A stretch of 52,709 nt of DNA from positions 1 through 52,709 of the forward strand of contig JBGGMM010000209.1 in NCBI GenBank assembly GCA_041288045.1, read 5' to 3'. The notes beneath the pieces are model-generated. The model did not search any database, was not told the origin of the DNA, and worked only from the letters and a program-made list of their open reading frames with translations. The DNA comes from Pseudobdellovibrionaceae bacterium (GTDB lineage Bacteria; Bdellovibrionota; Bdellovibrionia; Bdellovibrionales; Bdellovibrionaceae). Position numbers and translations under genes: made by a program. Of the stretch, positions 50,173 through 52,709 are shown piece after piece (position 1 is the first letter of the stretch; the number at the start of each line of letters is the position of its first letter).

Positions 50173-52036
50173 GTGCTTTCAAAAGAGTCTTCTCAAGCGC
50201 TTCGGCGTTTTTCTTCAGTTCACTTTTTTCCTTCAGTCGGCCGACCACAGCTTCAGGCGCAAAACTTAAAACTTGGCAGAAATCCACCAAATTTGACAAT
50301 TCTGATCCCAGCTCCCGACGGAGACTGGGCGGAGCTTGATCCAAAAGTTTGCTGAGCTCTTGCGATGCTCCACCTAATCCTGAAACCTGACCGAGAATAT
50401 GATAAATGGAATTGGTCATTTCAGTTCCGGCCTCACGCCATTTTCCCTGATCAATCAAAGCATGGATTTTTTTGGATCGCTTTTGCAATTCTTGCTTGAG
50501 ATCTCTTTGCTTCTGACCCCAACCAAATTCACGGCGAGCTTTCCAGGCGAGAACTGCAAAAATAAACAGATAAACCGCTCCCCACAGCATCCCTTGCACT
50601 TGTTGATCCATCATCGAAGAGTCCCGATCCCAAGAAGCCAAAATATCGGGAAGCTCTTTTTTCTTTTCTGCCGTCGGAGCCGCAGACCCAGCCGGGTTCA
50701 AAGCAGAACCGGGTTGTGACGGAGCCGCGTTCCCATTAGGATTGGCAATGATTTTTAAAGGCAAAGCTTCTGTGGTCTTGGTGACGTATTTTTTTTGAGC
50801 TGGATCAAAAAGACTAAAATTCAGCGGCGGAATCGTCAATTCTCCTTCTTGTCGGGGAATGAGAAGCACTTCAAACTCTTTGTAGCTTCGGCCGTTTTTA
50901 AAAAATTTGGCATCTGATTTGGTGTCATAAATTTCAAGCCCCGCCGGCAATTCCAAATGCGGAAGCTCAATCAATTTGGCGTTTCCACTGCCTTCAAAGC
51001 GAACTCGCAAAGAGAAAGGTTGATTGACTGGAAACTGATTGCCTTCGATCAAAGCTCGGACATCAAACTGACCAACAGCGCCTGAAAAACTGTTGGGTTT
51101 CCCATCCACTGGCAAAGGTTTCACGTTCACTTTGATTCGCTCGCTGGATTTTTGATAAGAGTAAGGCTTGCCGAACCCAAAAGCTCCAAAGGGATTGGTG
51201 GGAAGCTGCACTTGAGCTTTTATTTTGTATTCATCAATCACTGCCACACCAGGCTTGATTGGAAAAAGCGCGTGACTGGCAAGAAGGGCACGTCGGTAAG
51301 GAATGCCATTGATCACTTCTTGTGTGAAATTCAAAGCTGGTACTTCTTCGATGATTTCTTTCCAAAATCCTTTGAGGTCCGGAAATTTCAATCGATCCAA
51401 AGACATCAGATTTCCTCGAGTGTAAATGTACCAACTCACAAGAATCTGCTCACCTTCATAGACATCTGTTTTATCCACTTCGGCCTGAATGAAAAAAGCT
51501 TCATTGGGATTTTTCGGCAAATTGCGGGCTGCTGGCGGCGTCAGACCCCGCCGTTGCAAAAGCTGATTGAACATCTCTTCGGCTTCATCAATATCTTCCA
51601 TGTTCGGAAGCCCCGGAGGTGTCTGAGTCGCCCCACTGCCTTGACCGGACACTCGGATTGCAATTGGCTTGGTATTGTAAGCTTTGCCATCCACGACCAC
51701 TTCAAATCCTGGGATCGTGATCGTGCCCTGCCTTTGTGGTGTCAGCATGTAATTGAAATCCTGGCGTCTCACAGTTTCAAACTGCATCCCACCCTGACCT
51801 TGAACGAGCTTGCTGGAAGAGCTGCTCGAGGTCCAATTGTTCACCAAGGAAAAACCACTCAGCGAAGGGATTCTCGGCTCAGACACTTCGACGGCTTCCG
51901 AAGATTGCACAGAGACGGAAAGGGTCAGAGTGTCCCCCAAGCCCATTTCATTTCGGTCCACAGTTGCTTGCACATTGACATTGGCCAGGGTCGCTTGGCA
52001 GACAAAAGAAAGAATGAATAAAAAAGCCCATTTCAT
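50132..52036 (-). CDS. batD: BatD family protein
   Basis: Signal peptide, VQATVDRNEM, VDKTDVYEGEQ, VKPLP..GKP..FSGAVGQF, C-terminal TM helix; follows a BatC-like gene. Confidence 0.85.
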   Translation of the reverse strand: MKWAFLFILSFVCQATLANVNVQATVDRNEMGLGDTLTLSVSVQSSEAVEVSEPRIPSLSGFSLVNNWTSSSSSSKLVQGQGGMQFETVRRQDFNYMLTPQRQGTITIPGFEVVVDGKAYNTKPIAIRVSGQGSGATQTPPGLPNMEDIDEAEEMFNQLLQRRGLTPPAARNLPKNPNEAFFIQAEVDKTDVYEGEQILVSWYIYTRGNLMSLDRLKFPDLKGFWKEIIEEVPALNFTQEVINGIPYRRALLASHALFPIKPGVAVIDEYKIKAQVQLPTNPFGAFGFGKPYSYQKSSERIKVNVKPLPVDGKPNSFSGAVGQFDVRALIEGNQFPVNQPFSLRVRFEGSGNAKLIELPHLELPAGLEIYDTKSDAKFFKNGRSYKEFEVLLIPRQEGELTIPPLNFSLFDPAQKKYVTKTTEALPLKIIANPNGNAAPSQPGSALNPAGSAAPTAEKKKELPDILASWDRDSSMMDQQVQGMLWGAVYLFIFAVLAWKARREFGWGQKQRDLKQELQKRSKKIHALIDQGKWREAGTEMTNSIYHILGQVSGLGGASQELSKLLDQAPPSLRRELGSELSNLVDFCQVLSFAPEAVVGRLKEKSELKKNAEALEKTLLKALKLAENKTSEDIP

Positions 52037-52044
52037 TTTTGACC

Positions 52045-52707
52045 TCACCAGTCTTTGTCTCGAGGTTGCTCTTTGACTTCTTTTTTATTGAATTCAGAGC
52101 GAATTTTTTGCTCTTGCTGTTTGATTTCACCTAAAATTTTATTCACATCGCCTTGAGAGAGCTGATCGCTTTTAAATTGGCGCGGCTGAGGTTTGTTTTT
52201 TTGAAACTCTTTGGGCTTGTCCTGCTGATTTTGGTCTTTTTTCTCGTCTTGTTTTTTTTGATCTTCAGGCTCTTTGCCTTCGCCTTGACCTTTGCCGCCG
52301 TTCGGATCTTTTTGGTCTTTCTGATCGCCCTCGCCCTTGCCTTTGCCTTGTTGATCCTGAATCAAAAGTTCAATGTTCACTTTCGTCTCTTCCGAGTCAG
52401 GATCAATATTCAGTGCTTCTTGATAATGAGAAAGCGCTTCGTCGACTTTTTTCTCTTTTTGCGCCAGAGCTCCTAAATTGAAGTGAGCGGCAAATTTGGA
52501 AGCTTCGTCAGAAGCGATTTCGAGAGCTGCCTGATAAGAAGCCTTGGCCTTGTCCATTTGCCCCAGCACTTCAAAGGTCAGACCTAAATTGAGGTGCAAA
52601 CGGGGTTCAAAGGGATCCTTCGAAAGAGCTGACAGAAATTTTTCCTGTGCCGCTGAGGGATTGGTTTTTTTCAAATCCTCAATCCCTTGCCGGTTTGTCC
52701 AATAGGT
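52045..52707 (-). CDS. BatC-like TPR protein, 5' end beyond the window
   Basis: TPR motifs, KVNIELL, K/Q/D/E-rich linker, terminal DKDW; frame is open to the window edge. Confidence 0.8.
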   Translation of the reverse strand, partial: TYWTNRQGIEDLKKTNPSAAQEKFLSALSKDPFEPRLHLNLGLTFEVLGQMDKAKASYQAALEIASDEASKFAAHFNLGALAQKEKKVDEALSHYQEALNIDPDSEETKVNIELLIQDQQGKGKGEGDQKDQKDPNGGKGQGEGKEPEDQKKQDEKKDQNQQDKPKEFQKNKPQPRQFKSDQLSQGDVNKILGEIKQQEQKIRSEFNKKEVKEQPRDKDW

Positions 52708-52709
52708 CA

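Overview
Mostly core chromosome of a Gram-negative bacterium. Gene content and order suggest Bdellovibrionota (inference, not database-verified). Left to right: a REC-PAS-HisKA hybrid kinase (partial) coupled to a 1820-aa poly-HAMP hybrid kinase; a divergent, probably sigma54-driven BON/stress-protein pair; a zapA-ygfA-rny-tyrS-ferredoxin operon; ftsY; a glucoamylase (GH15) plus XylFGH-type sugar ABC module; smc; a GNAT; ppdK; glyQS; a diheme cytochrome c; a Cys-free Mrp/ApbC; an RRM protein; an orphan kinase; two FecR-domain genes flanking a c-di-GMP-I riboswitch; a phosphorelay operon ending in a Gly-rich surface protein; a PA14/FN3 lipoprotein; two lytic transglycosylases; a degenerate GT2; batD and batC (partial). 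No tRNA, rRNA, CRISPR array or transposase was seen. The most notable signals are non-coding: (1) a family of four dispersed, modular, highly structured repeats (full-length ~200-240 bp) with compensatory base changes; (2) a related multi-hairpin element behind a sigma70-like promoter; (3) a c-di-GMP riboswitch that appears to control only a 7-codon ORF before a terminator-like hairpin.
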